Notes under the pieces: model-generated | Databases searched by the model: none | Told to the model about the DNA's origin: nothing | Seen by the model: the letters and a program-made list of their open reading frames with translations, nothing else | Position numbers and translations under genes: made by a program | In this document: positions 15,701 through 23,951 of the stretch, piece after piece | Numbering within the stretch: position 1 is the stretch's first letter | Layout: every line of letters starts with the position of its first letter | Virus record (IMG/VR): IMGVR_UViG_3300033997_000186 | Location: 1 to 38,876 of that record | DNA length: 38,876 bases | Source of the DNA: a virus | Reading direction: 5' to 3' (one strand)

Positions 15701-15767
15701 AGTCGCCGAAGGTACTCGAATAGGCATCGACCGCGGCTAAGCGCAGCGAATACTTTGATTCGGCCAT
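12723..15767 (-). CDS. Tail tape measure protein
   Basis: 1014 aa. Coiled-coil N-terminus, conserved TMP core, and a long Ala/Gly/Pro-rich and Gly-zipper region. It lies downstream of the frameshifted chaperone genes. Confidence 0.9.
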   Translation of the reverse strand: MAESKYSLRLAAVDAYSSTFGDFTKKGAALEDGIKAQQAALQKLNREARTLDGYGKLSEKLTGTKTALQEARVEQVKLGREHQVALAKVEQLTMAHEKAASAHRALASSTEATAGQVRKARAEEARLAAELKSAESSVAKLNTTQDKATASVRTLGAAQRTQRNELSRLQATLTAAGVDTGKLASEQKRLEAATTSANAALASQRAKLEAVKGAQGRIEENRNKRADLRGQMVETAALAYVASRPINQAMELETAMADVGKVINFEEGGREKMAAANLKMASDRLIASSGMTAVDLAKIEYAAGQSGIGNDQKDKDGKVDPAAKERAIMDFTRDAAIMGSAFDIDAQTAGETMAGWRASMGLDRTQTLDLADSTNYLGNNFNATAADIASVVKRYGAVGKASGLTPEQSAALSAAFLNPGTEKEIAGTGFKNFTAALTKGEAATKGQKEVWEKLGFTPEDLAKDMQGNAPETIMKVLEAIRAEPVEEQAAVATQLFGSESIGAIQPLLQNLGEVQRAFDMVKDKSKYATSAIGEQGSMMQEAAEVANTSRTGWNSFTAKLTRLSTLVGNAMLPALNAVLTPLGAMVDGLSWAAETFPGITGAIAVAAAGLTALKLGAIGMKYVGLMFGQGANRGALARAKLDARTAQTATVANAAVARLNASIGGLGGGPGAAAGRGGAAAGRGGPATVAKGGRLARLSSAGGKLLGPLLALAGFAEVAMPAPAAPSAAKPISAKPGEFLRPAAPPAAIAGKALTIVGPVVPGAAPGTPAGAAKPALSLVPKAAGVAPVAVPGAPGALKPALSLVPAAAGAAPLAAPGAALSAAAVAEKAPGALGKAAGLGGGAVKLLGKAATPLMLLSGIAEAADGIQKGDAGQVGGAVGGMAGGWGGAAAGAAIGTMILPGIGTAVGGLIGGIAGSELGSWIGDKLGSAVGTVADKLKSPEETAAAVVKSSEERKEINFSPSITLQPSGDPAYDQMQADKIIARLKAELLPMLGGADQLAVRRSSSLTDGSD

Positions 15768-15769
15768 GC

Positions 15770-16482
15770 CTACTCCCTTTTCACCTTGAGACGCGCGATC
15801 GCCAGCTCATAGCGGCGCATCGCCTTCTCGGCGTTCCACTCCAGTATTTCCGCCTCGCCTACGTGGTAGACCAGGGGCACAACGTCACAAATGACGTCGA
15901 CGTCGTTTACTGAAAGAAGTCCGCCGGTTTGTTCAAAAAATTGTGCAGGCGCTCCTGCAGCTGGTTCCAATCGGGAATGCTCAGGCTCTGCACCTCGGGC
16001 ACCGACAGACCAGTGCAGGCCGAGGTGCAGAAGTCCGCGCGCTCGGCGTCGGTCTTCAACTTGCGCATGGCCTTGGTGACTTTCAAGGTCGGCACCTGCA
16101 GCTGCAGGCTGTCGAGCATCTGGCCACCGAAACGCTTGATCGGGATCAGCAGGGGCGCGTCGTCAGGGTCCTTAGGCTTGGCGCCCAGGAAGTACGACGC
16201 CGGCAACGAAATGTATTCGTGAATCAGCCCGACCAACGACATGTAGTCGGGGCGCTTGAGCTCGTCGATAACGGCCTGCTCGAGGCCGCTGGACAAGCGC
16301 AACAGCGCCTCGAAACGATCGTCCTCGTCGGTGCCGGCCTCCTCGATCGCGGCGCGATGCTCGGCGACGCTGAAAGGACGGAGCGCGACGGCGGTCACTT
16401 GGCCACCGGCCGCCAGGCTGACCGGGAAACGCAGGGTGTGGCCGGGCATCTGCCAAGGCTGTTTTTCTTGCATGGGAGGCAT
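15770..16482 (-). CDS. Frameshift-extended tail chaperone (gpE+E' analogue, -1 shift at 15934-15940)
   Basis: The zero frame reads AAT TTT TTG. After a -1 slip the sequence joins the 15770..15970 frame (FFEQTGGLLSVNDVDV...). Confidence 0.7.
15907..16482 (-). CDS. Tail assembly chaperone (P2 gpE analogue; apparently a duplicated domain)
   Basis: Located immediately upstream of the TMP and ends just after the slippery site. The likely start is the ATG at 16473 (AAGGA 9 nt upstream). Confidence 0.75.
   Translation of the reverse strand: MPPMQEKQPWQMPGHTLRFPVSLAAGGQVTAVALRPFSVAEHRAAIEEAGTDEDDRFEALLRLSSGLEQAVIDELKRPDYMSLVGLIHEYISLPASYFLGAKPKDPDDAPLLIPIKRFGGQMLDSLQLQVPTLKVTKAMRKLKTDAERADFCTSACTGLSVPEVQSLSIPDWNQLQERLHNFLNKPADFFQ
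15934..15940 (-). other. Programmed -1 ribosomal frameshift heptamer T TTT TTG
   Basis: The same heptamer as the P2 E/E' site, in the correct X XXY YYZ register. Confidence 0.75.
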
Positions 16483-16544
16483 TCCTTACAGGCAACAAAA
16501 AGCCGCCTCGAGGGCGGCGATTTGGATCAGGGAGAGGAGGACGA

Positions 16545-17054
16545 TCAGTTCGACAGCGCGACCAGGCGGCGAGCGCCCTTGAGCAGGTCGCGGCCGTTGA
16601 CGACCACCTTCTGCGTGCGGGTGTCGATATCAGTCATCAGCGCGCCATTCTCGAGGCGCATGTAGCTGCGCAGCATGATTTCCAGGATGGTGACGGGCTT
16701 GTCTTTCATCTTGAGGGTTTTCTCCTCGAAGACTTTCAACTTGCCGCTGCAGATGTAGTAGGCGAACCACTCGTTATCGTCCTGGTCGACGCCGGCCTCC
16801 TGGACAGTGAGCATCACCTCGTCGCCGCCAGTGACGCCGAGCGCGGTCATGATCGGCAGGCCAATGCCGTTGAGCGTCAGTTTCGCGCTCAGCGACTTCA
16901 TGCCGACGGCCATTTCCTCGGAAATGAAGCGGCCGCCGCGCATTTCCTCGACTTCCATTTCGATCTTGGGAGGCTCGAATTCCTCGATGGTTGCCATCAG
17001 CGGCAAGCCCTGCAGCGTCGCGGTGATCAGCTGCCTTACGCGGTTGGTGAACAT
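16545..17054 (-). CDS. Contractile tail tube protein (P2 FII-like)
   Basis: 169 aa, directly after the sheath gene. Confidence 0.8.
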   Translation of the reverse strand: MFTNRVRQLITATLQGLPLMATIEEFEPPKIEMEVEEMRGGRFISEEMAVGMKSLSAKLTLNGIGLPIMTALGVTGGDEVMLTVQEAGVDQDDNEWFAYYICSGKLKVFEEKTLKMKDKPVTILEIMLRSYMRLENGALMTDIDTRTQKVVVNGRDLLKGARRLVALSN

Positions 17055-18221
17055 TTACAGTACCTCTCCCAGGAATTCCTCGATGATCGAATCGTCGGCG
17101 TTGAGCTGGTAAACCATGTGCTCGTTCGGCGCGTAGCGGCCGTAGTTGATGCACAAGTACCAGGTGCCGTTTTTGTACTTCTCGATGCTGTTCAGCTCGG
17201 GGTGCAGGAAGACGCGACCGCCCGGAATGGTGCCGTCAGCGACCAGCGTCTGCAGCCACAGGTCAATGCGCTTGACCTCCTGCTCCATGAAGTCCTTGGT
17301 CAGGTTCTTGGCCATGACCTTTTGCGCGGCGCCCACCAGCTTGCGAGCGACAGCGTCCTCGAGGCCTACGTAGCTGATGAATTTGCCGGTGATGGTGCGG
17401 TTGCCGATCAGCGAGAAGCCGCCCAAGGTCGTGCGGGCGTAGTAGCTGATCCCGTAACGGTTGAGCAGGTCGCCGTCAGTGGTCTTGTCGAGAATGTTGT
17501 ACTCGACCATGCGCGAGACGTCGGCCGCATACGTGACCTGGTTGCCGGGGCTCTCCCACTGCTTGACCGAGGCGAGCGCGGCGATCGCCAGGCTCGACGG
17601 CGGCAAGAACACGTTTTCTTGCGCCGCTTTCGAGTAGACGGCGGGCATCTGGTGCACCAGGTAGCAGCGGTCATAACCGAGCGAGGCGCCGCCAATCGCT
17701 TCGCTGTTCTCAACCTGGCCGGTGACGCCAGTGTCCTTGCCGTCCAGGACAACGCGAGCGCGAATGCGCTTACCGATCGAAGCCAGCTCGCTGTGCACCG
17801 ACTGCTCGGACGAGAAGCCAGGCGCGCCGATGATGGTCGGCTCTTCCTTGCACAGGGCCAGCGCCTGCAGGCCGAGCTTTTGCCCGGTGACGGGGTCCTC
17901 GCCGCCAATGACGTTATTGATCGTCTCGGCCGGGGTGGCGCCCTTCTCGACCACGACGACATAGATCGCAACCTGCGTGACCTTGAGAATCGCCTTGACG
18001 ACGTTGATCAGGGTCCCCGACTCGGCGCCGGTAGGGTCCAGCTGCTCGGCCAGGGTCAGGCCGTTGATGCGGAAAGGGGAGTTGAGCGGGATGGTCGCGG
18101 CGCGGTTTGGCGCGGTGCCGACGATGGCGACGACGTTGTCGCCAATCCCGCCCATCGACTCGGGCGGTTCGGTCGCCTCGAGGGAGACGCCGTTGTGTTC
18201 AAAGTTCGTTACCAGGGCCAT
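17055..18221 (-). CDS. Contractile tail sheath protein (P2 FI-like)
   Basis: 388 aa with a sheath-family sequence pattern, followed by the tube gene. Confidence 0.85.
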   Translation of the reverse strand: MALVTNFEHNGVSLEATEPPESMGGIGDNVVAIVGTAPNRAATIPLNSPFRINGLTLAEQLDPTGAESGTLINVVKAILKVTQVAIYVVVVEKGATPAETINNVIGGEDPVTGQKLGLQALALCKEEPTIIGAPGFSSEQSVHSELASIGKRIRARVVLDGKDTGVTGQVENSEAIGGASLGYDRCYLVHQMPAVYSKAAQENVFLPPSSLAIAALASVKQWESPGNQVTYAADVSRMVEYNILDKTTDGDLLNRYGISYYARTTLGGFSLIGNRTITGKFISYVGLEDAVARKLVGAAQKVMAKNLTKDFMEQEVKRIDLWLQTLVADGTIPGGRVFLHPELNSIEKYKNGTWYLCINYGRYAPNEHMVYQLNADDSIIEEFLGEVL

Positions 18222-18224
18222 CGC

Positions 18225-18437
18225 TTAGGCTTCCTTCGCAGAGGTTTTCTTTGCCGGGGTAGCCGCTGCAGCAGCCTCTGCCTCGGCCTTGATGGTGGCG
18301 GTCAGCTTGATGCGGCCGACGGCCTCGAGCTGCTGGGCCTGTACGTCCAGGAGCTCGAGCTCCTGGCCCGCGGTCGACCAGTGACCCCCGGCCATCGGGA
18401 AGGGGATCAGGACGGTGTATTTCTGGCGTTGAGCCAT
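18225..18437 (-). CDS. Small hypothetical protein preceding the sheath gene (Mu gp38/DUF2635-like?)
   Basis: ATG at 18437. Ala/Lys-rich C-terminus. Confidence 0.5.
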   Translation of the reverse strand: MAQRQKYTVLIPFPMAGGHWSTAGQELELLDVQAQQLEAVGRIKLTATIKAEAEAAAAATPAKKTSAKEA

Positions 18438-18454
18438 GGGCTTTTCTCCGGGCA

Positions 18455-18477
18455 CAAAAAAGGCCGCATCAGCGGCC
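18455..18477 (-). terminator. Rho-independent terminator downstream of the membrane moron
   Basis: GGCCGC-ATCA-GCGGCC stem-loop followed on the minus strand by TTTTTTG. Confidence 0.7.
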
Positions 18478-18487
18478 GGGAGGAGGG

Positions 18488-19162
18488 TCAAATTTCTTTC
18501 CAGGGGTTGAGCTTGAACGTCAGCCCCTTGGCCGGCTCGCTCGAGCCGGCATGCTCAGGCCTGATCTTGAAGCCCAGGCGAATAACGAAAGCGCGCGTGT
18601 CGGTCAGCTGGCGCACCAGGTAGAAGCCACACCAGAGGTTCCACCGGCCGGGCCGCTTGGCGACCACGAACTGCCAGCCGCCTGCGCCCGGCTTGTCCTC
18701 GACCAGGACCTGCCCGAGGCAGCCGATCAGGCACTCACTCACCGGGCAGCTGAATAGGGCCAACTGGCGCATGTTGTTGGCCGGGTTGCGCACCGCAGCC
18801 CACCAGAAGCGCGCGAGCCAGCTGGTAACTGGCAGCGCCGGCAACGGCAGGCCGAGGCGCCGCAGGAGCGGCAGCAGCCCGAACAGCACCAGGGCGTCGC
18901 AGTTGTCGGCCCACCAGTTGCGCTTATCGCCGTCGAGGCCGTCGAAGTCATTGCCCCACAGCCACGCCCAGCGGCGCAGGTTGACGATTGGCCGGCCATC
19001 GCTGACCGATACCGCGGCGACCGGGAAGAACGCCGCCAGCGCCACGACAGGCAGCCCAGCGACGATCGCAGCCAGGCGCGCGACCACCAGCACCGCCCAT
19101 TGCACCAGGGCGAACAGCATCGCCAGCAGCCACAAGGCAGCCGGCAGGATTTTCTCGAGCAT
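18488..19162 (-). CDS. Multi-pass membrane protein of unknown function (moron inside the tail module)
   Basis: 224 aa with 3-4 hydrophobic segments and a WGNDFDGLDGDKRNWW motif. Flanked by terminators on both sides. Confidence 0.7.
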   Translation of the reverse strand: MLEKILPAALWLLAMLFALVQWAVLVVARLAAIVAGLPVVALAAFFPVAAVSVSDGRPIVNLRRWAWLWGNDFDGLDGDKRNWWADNCDALVLFGLLPLLRRLGLPLPALPVTSWLARFWWAAVRNPANNMRQLALFSCPVSECLIGCLGQVLVEDKPGAGGWQFVVAKRPGRWNLWCGFYLVRQLTDTRAFVIRLGFKIRPEHAGSSEPAKGLTFKLNPWKEI

Positions 19163-19184
19163 TGGGAACCCTCAGAAACGCGAA

Positions 19185-19202
19185 AGCCCCCAAGCGGGGG
19201 CT
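19185..19202 (-). terminator. Terminator-like hairpin downstream of the tail-fibre assembly gene
   Basis: GCCCCC-AAGC-GGGGGC stem-loop followed on the minus strand by TTTCGCGTTTCTG. Confidence 0.5.
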
Positions 19203-19237
19203 TATCCAGGACGAAAAAAACCGCTATCGCGACTCGG

Positions 19238-19537
19238 TTAGTCGAGAGCCGGTGAAACCGGCCAGTCAACATCGGCAGGACTGACGTAGGTCTGCGGGAT
19301 ATCACGCAGCGCTTGACGATACGTTGCAAACGCGAGGCGCCGCTCCTCGGTCAGCGGCGAGTCTGGCGCCTGCGTATGATCGGTCAGTGCAATACGACGA
19401 TCACGCTCAGCGCGCACCAGGTCCCAAGCCTGCACATTGATAGCAGCGGTCAGCACCTCTTTCGGAATACCCAACCCCCCACCATCTAGCGGAATATTAA
19501 AGTAGTCACTACCGCCATAACTTACCTTGTTAATCAT
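19238..19537 (-). CDS. Tail fibre assembly chaperone
   Basis: The C-terminal pattern R..L..TD......P........YRQALRDIP....P..V.WP is typical of tail-fibre assembly proteins. Confidence 0.7.
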   Translation of the reverse strand: MINKVSYGGSDYFNIPLDGGGLGIPKEVLTAAINVQAWDLVRAERDRRIALTDHTQAPDSPLTEERRLAFATYRQALRDIPQTYVSPADVDWPVSPALD

Positions 19538-19545
19538 AACTCCCC

Positions 19546-20370
19546 CTAGATTGTCATATTGGTCAAATAGTTACTGCCAACTTTCGGCGGCAAGATAGCT
19601 GCCCAGCCGCCAGAAATCCCAACAAGCTGAACGGTACTCCCCTCGATTCGAACAGTCGGCGCGGTGCCATTTAGATTTTTAAGCAGCGCCGCACCAGATT
19701 CACTACCAGGCTTGATAGAAATCGAAACCGCCGACATATAAAGGTCGCGCGCGGAATAACCTGAATACATACCAGCAAATGGAATATTCCCGAGAGTAAT
19801 TTCCGAGCGATGGATAGTCACGGACAAGTGCGAATCAATGTATCGGATGAAAGACGAGTCGTTTTTCATCGGCAGCGCACTCGGAATATCCGCGTAAAGG
19901 TTCACGTCATAGAAAAAGATTTGTCCAGACGCGACACTTGGACCCGACGCATATTGCCAACCATCATAGATAGGCCCCAATACGGGGCGCAGCAAAGGCC
20001 GATCCGAGCTTTGCAGAGTCCCGGTATACCCATAAGGTGCGATGAACAATCGCCCTACCCGCAATACAAAATCCACATCATGGGCTTGGCGAATTTTAAA
20101 GTAGAGCGAAACCTGCGACCCACTAACTACTCTCGACTCAGCGGCCTTTGCAGTTTTCAGCGGTGTAGCCGAAGTAAGCCCATCATTCGAATCTTTACCA
20201 TCGACTGCGTCAATGAAAAATGACTGCGACGACAACCCCCGAATAATCGCAGGCACTGCGTCAGTGGCAGCCTTTACCTTGTCATCGATTTGCTTGATCT
20301 TTCCAGAAACGGCAGAAGTTAGATTGTTCGATGCTTCTACCAGGCTGGCGACTGTAGATTCCAAGCTCAT
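19546..20370 (-). CDS. Distal tail fibre / receptor-binding protein (low-GC cassette)
   Basis: 274 aa. Position between the fibre shaft and the assembly chaperone. Local GC is about 48% against roughly 63% for the genome. Confidence 0.65.
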   Translation of the reverse strand: MSLESTVASLVEASNNLTSAVSGKIKQIDDKVKAATDAVPAIIRGLSSQSFFIDAVDGKDSNDGLTSATPLKTAKAAESRVVSGSQVSLYFKIRQAHDVDFVLRVGRLFIAPYGYTGTLQSSDRPLLRPVLGPIYDGWQYASGPSVASGQIFFYDVNLYADIPSALPMKNDSSFIRYIDSHLSVTIHRSEITLGNIPFAGMYSGYSARDLYMSAVSISIKPGSESGAALLKNLNGTAPTVRIEGSTVQLVGISGGWAAILPPKVGSNYLTNMTI

Positions 20371-20373
20371 ATT

Positions 20374-21036
20374 TCAAGTACCTATGCTGTTTATTTTATT
20401 GGCGCCACTCACGAATGCCGCCGCTAAACGAGTGAAGGCATCGGCCGTCGCACCTTCGAGAGAAGTAACAGACGCTGCTGATGCAAAGTAATTAGGTGCA
20501 TTACCGCCAAGCTTTGCAGAGTCAGCTGCCTGCGATGTTTTAAGTAAAAACTTACCGTCAGCCTGTACGATTGTGTAAGTAGTTGCCTTGTCTGCCTTCG
20601 CACCCAACTTCGTCAACATAGTGTTGGCAAAGTCCGGGTCTTCGCCCAAGGCGCGAGCAAACTCCTCAAGCTGATTCAGCGCCTCAGGCGCGGCGCCGAT
20701 AATCTCGTGCAGCCGCGCCTCAAGCTGGGCAGGCGTTACCGTGTCCGAAGCCTCGGCCTTGCTGGCCAGTCCTGGCACACTGACCTGCATCGTCACATTG
20801 CCCGATCCGTCAAAGCCGATTTCGCCCACGGCTTGACCGGCGAGCGCAATTGTTCGCAGCACCTTTAGCCGGGACGCTGTCGCAGTATTTGCGCCAAGGG
20901 TTCGATTCGGGTCGTCAATTTCCGACTTGCTGTATACGTCCGACCTGTCCGCCTTGTTACGGAGCTTTCCGTCAATCACGCCCATGACGTTGTTGACCGA
21001 GTCGAGCAGCGTCTCAAGCGAGCTCAATAGCCCCAT
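20374..21036 (-). CDS. Tail fibre shaft protein
   Basis: Contains the common fibre motif AAPEALNQLEEFARALGEDPDFANT. Confidence 0.7.
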   Translation of the reverse strand: MGLLSSLETLLDSVNNVMGVIDGKLRNKADRSDVYSKSEIDDPNRTLGANTATASRLKVLRTIALAGQAVGEIGFDGSGNVTMQVSVPGLASKAEASDTVTPAQLEARLHEIIGAAPEALNQLEEFARALGEDPDFANTMLTKLGAKADKATTYTIVQADGKFLLKTSQAADSAKLGGNAPNYFASAASVTSLEGATADAFTRLAAAFVSGANKINSIGT

Positions 21037-21038
21037 AG

Positions 21039-21347
21039 CTAGCCCTCCTGCGCGGAGATAACCCCCGCGTGATAAGTAAATGCCCCCTGCAGGTCCTCCA
21101 GTAGCGCCGCCAGAGTGGCGTCAGCCCCCTGCGCCAGAGCCAAGGCCCTACCTGCGTCGCGCTCGGCCTGCAGGGTGCGCTGCAGCACGTTCTCGGCCAG
21201 GGCGCCGACTGGCCCCTGCAGCCCGATAGAAACGACACTCAGCCTCGGCGCCAGAACCTGGCGCACTTCGACAGTGCCGCCCCCCTGCTTGACCGTGACG
21301 ATTCGCTCGACGCCCTTGGTGATCACTACCGTCGGCGCGCCGTTCAT
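21039..21347 (-). CDS. Hypothetical tail/fibre-associated protein
   Basis: ATGA-coupled to the upstream gene (ATG at 21347). Confidence 0.5.
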   Translation of the reverse strand: MNGAPTVVITKGVERIVTVKQGGGTVEVRQVLAPRLSVVSIGLQGPVGALAENVLQRTLQAERDAGRALALAQGADATLAALLEDLQGAFTYHAGVISAQEG

Positions 21348-21700
21348 TCGATCACCGCTGGAGTCAGTCGAGCCTGCCCGCGCACAAGGCTGTAAACGTC
21401 CCCGCTGGGGTAGGTGACACGCAGCTCGTAGCGAGCGCCAAGCCACAAAGCGCCGCTGGTGCCCGCCGTCTTCTCAGGCGCCAGGCGCACCGATAGCTGC
21501 CCCTTGTCCGGGCCTATCGTGATACCCCCGTCCTCAGTCGAGCATTCCGCGAGCGCCTGGCTACTGGTCGCAGGGCAGATGCGGAAAACCGCGGCACAGC
21601 CATCGATATCGATCGGTGCCCGAGGCGCCCCGCTATCCTCCCAGGTCACGCCAAAGCCGAAGGTTGTCCCCTCGATGATGATCAGTTCTGGCCCGTTCAT
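21344..21700 (-). CDS. Hypothetical tail/fibre-associated protein (beta-rich)
   Basis: 118 aa ORF in the fibre cluster. Confidence 0.5.
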   Translation of the reverse strand: MNGPELIIIEGTTFGFGVTWEDSGAPRAPIDIDGCAAVFRICPATSSQALAECSTEDGGITIGPDKGQLSVRLAPEKTAGTSGALWLGARYELRVTYPSGDVYSLVRGQARLTPAVIE

Positions 21701-21709
21701 GGCTGCCCC

Positions 21710-22237
21710 TTACTTCGCTTCCAGGTCCATAACCCGGAACAGCAACCCGAGATGGCGCGCCATGTTGTCGACGCTGGCAGCTGCCAGCTTGGCCAGCTCA
21801 TCAGCCACCAGGACACTGAGATTTTCGGAGCCGATAACGACGGTCACGCTGTCCGCTGGCAACGCCGAAATGTTCAGTGTGAAGCGCTGTAGAATCCGGG
21901 CAGCCGCGGCCTTGTACGTCTGCAGCACGCCGGCCTGCGAATACACGCCGAGCAAGGTGCCCGTGGACAGGAAGAAACCGAATTCGCCGACTTCGTACTC
22001 GAGGTCGCCGTCGAACAGCGCAGCAATGCGCAGACTGCCCGCGCCGAGGTCTTCGTAGTCGCCGACCGCGACCCGCTGTTTTTCTGCCTTGAGCGCAGTC
22101 TCGGCGCCGGTTGGGTTATAGCGCGCGGCGCCCGCGGCAACATGCGTGATTTCGCCTTTCAGGCCCTGATTTTTCGCCTGCACCAGCTCGGCCAGGCCGG
22201 CGCTGGTGAAGCGAATCAGGCGCGTAATGTCTGTCAT
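21710..22237 (-). CDS. Tail fibre N-terminal (baseplate-attachment, tail-collar fibre/DUF3751-like) protein as a separate ORF
   Basis: Resembles the N-terminus of P2 gpH (I..T.AG...L..A.......I.H.A.G.......TAL..E..RV). Confidence 0.6.
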   Translation of the reverse strand: MTDITRLIRFTSAGLAELVQAKNQGLKGEITHVAAGAARYNPTGAETALKAEKQRVAVGDYEDLGAGSLRIAALFDGDLEYEVGEFGFFLSTGTLLGVYSQAGVLQTYKAAAARILQRFTLNISALPADSVTVVIGSENLSVLVADELAKLAAASVDNMARHLGLLFRVMDLEAK

Positions 22238-22956
22238 ACCTGCCCCTCGAGGTCATAGTCGTTTGTCGTGTAGGTCTGCGCGGCCGTGGTGCTGATCAGG
22301 TCGCCGCGCAGCTCGACGTCGGGCAGGACCCCGTCGAGGAACAACTCCTCATCAGCCAACGGCGTATGCCCGGCGCTGGCCACCGCCAGGCCGCCCTGCA
22401 GGACCACCTCGGGCAACTCGCCGTGATAGTCCGGCTCGCCCAGGCCGAGCCCGTAGCCGGCAGCGCCTGCGATCCCGAGGCCGCCGCTTGTTTCGTGAAC
22501 GAGCGTGATCGACATGTCGTCGCGCTCGCTCTTTGCCGCATGCAACCGGCGAAACAGCCGGTTGTGATCACCGGTCGACCAAGGCCGGCTGATGATTGCT
22601 TGTACGTCGAAGCTGTACGGCTCACCGACGGGAACCGCGGCATACCAGGGCGTCACCTTGGGCGTGAAGCCCATCGACTCGACGGCGTATTTCAGGGCCT
22701 TGTCAGTGCCAGCCTGGCGCTGGATAGACCAGGACAGGGCTACCGTGAGCCGCTTCTCCTCCTCGCTGGCCTTGGCGTTCCATTCCGAGACGCCGCGGTC
22801 TGCAGCCAGGTATGGCAGGAACGCGACCGGCGTCTGCTGGGGGTCCATGAGCTCGGGGAATGGCGGGGTGATGCGCTCGACCAGCTTCCCGAGCGCAAGG
22901 TCTAGACCCTGCTCCAGGAGCGAGCTGTTAGCCGGTAGCAGGGTGTAGTCGGTCAT
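22234..22956 (-). CDS. Baseplate protein, P2 gpI-like
   Basis: LLP.NSS.LE...D............L..P...P..FLPYLA...VS.W pattern, following the gpJ-like gene. Confidence 0.75.
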   Translation of the reverse strand: MTDYTLLPANSSLLEQGLDLALGKLVERITPPFPELMDPQQTPVAFLPYLAADRGVSEWNAKASEEEKRLTVALSWSIQRQAGTDKALKYAVESMGFTPKVTPWYAAVPVGEPYSFDVQAIISRPWSTGDHNRLFRRLHAAKSERDDMSITLVHETSGGLGIAGAAGYGLGLGEPDYHGELPEVVLQGGLAVASAGHTPLADEELFLDGVLPDVELRGDLISTTAAQTYTTNDYDLEGQV

Positions 22957-23951
22957 AAGGTCCTGACCTCAATCTCGATCGCTTCACAGTACGGCGCCTG
23001 GTGCGCGGCCGCCTCGATCGGGGCCAGCGGCTCGAGCCGCTGCAGGCGCTCGGCGCCGGCCGTGATCAGGCCCGCATCGATCCAGGCTGGATCGACATAA
23101 CCCTCGAGCCGGTGCCGCGCCGTTGCGTAGGCCTGCATGGCTGCGACCGCCGCCGTTTCAGTGAGCCCCGAGTCAGGGCCGGGATTGATCCAGGCGACTG
23201 CGCGAATCCGGTAGCGCAGAATTTGCGCCGGCTGCACCGTGACCTGGTCGGTTTCGGGCCGAACGTCATCGCGGGCGAAATGCTTCCGGGTAGCCTCGAG
23301 CAGCTCGGCGCTCGGGGTGCCGTCGCCGTCGCGGCCGAGCACCGTAACCGTAACCTTGCCCGGCTCAGTAAACCGGCCGTTGGCGTCCTTGACCTGCGCC
23401 GCGAAAGCGTCCTCGGTGAAGGTGTACGTCACGACCACCTGCCCAGCGTTGGGCGCCTCTACCGTCACGTTGGCACGCTCGCCAAGGGTCAGGGCCTCGC
23501 GCCGGTACTGCAGGCGCGAGCCCGCGGCCGGTGCATGCGGCGCCAGGTAGTAGCGCAGCCGCAGGTCGTCGTCGGACTCCTCCACGGCCGGGACAGGCGG
23601 GAAGGCGTTCGGGTCGCCCTCGGAAATGACCCGCCGCTCGAGCCCCATGTCGGCCGCGCGGGCGTTGAGGTTCGACCCCTCGGCCCACCAGGCCAGCATT
23701 TGCTTGATGCGGGCATTCCATTTGCGTTCGTGGGCCTGGATTCGCAGGGTAAACGCCTGCATGGCCATGACCAGGAGCTCGCCGTCGCTCTCCATCGTCT
23801 CGGCCAGGCGCGCGGCCTTGGCCGGGTCCCTGGCCGAAACGAAGGCGAGCACCTCGGCCTTGAACTCCTCGAGCAGCGGCTCGAACTCTTCGACCTTGAC
23901 GATTTCAGGCTCGGCCAGCTGGTTGAGGCCGGGGATCAGCATCGTACTCAA
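22953..23951 (-). CDS. Baseplate protein, P2 gpJ-like
   Basis: 332 aa, between the gpW-like and gpI-like genes. Confidence 0.75.
   Translation of the reverse strand: MSTMLIPGLNQLAEPEIVKVEEFEPLLEEFKAEVLAFVSARDPAKAARLAETMESDGELLVMAMQAFTLRIQAHERKWNARIKQMLAWWAEGSNLNARAADMGLERRVISEGDPNAFPPVPAVEESDDDLRLRYYLAPHAPAAGSRLQYRREALTLGERANVTVEAPNAGQVVVTYTFTEDAFAAQVKDANGRFTEPGKVTVTVLGRDGDGTPSAELLEATRKHFARDDVRPETDQVTVQPAQILRYRIRAVAWINPGPDSGLTETAAVAAMQAYATARHRLEGYVDPAWIDAGLITAGAERLQRLEPLAPIEAAAHQAPYCEAIEIEVRTL

Noticed and set aside
17118-18623. Long plus-strand ORFs antisense to structural genes. Examples: 17118..18623, 12871..14586, 13827..15251, 23001..24080, 23626..25164, 26575..27363, 30507..31832, 6707..7675.
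   Set aside because: They are shadow ORFs typical of high-GC DNA. Each lies opposite a gene with recognisable family motifs (sheath, TMP, gpJ, capsid, terminase, protelomerase). Their products are Arg/Ala/Gly/Pro-rich low-complexity sequences.
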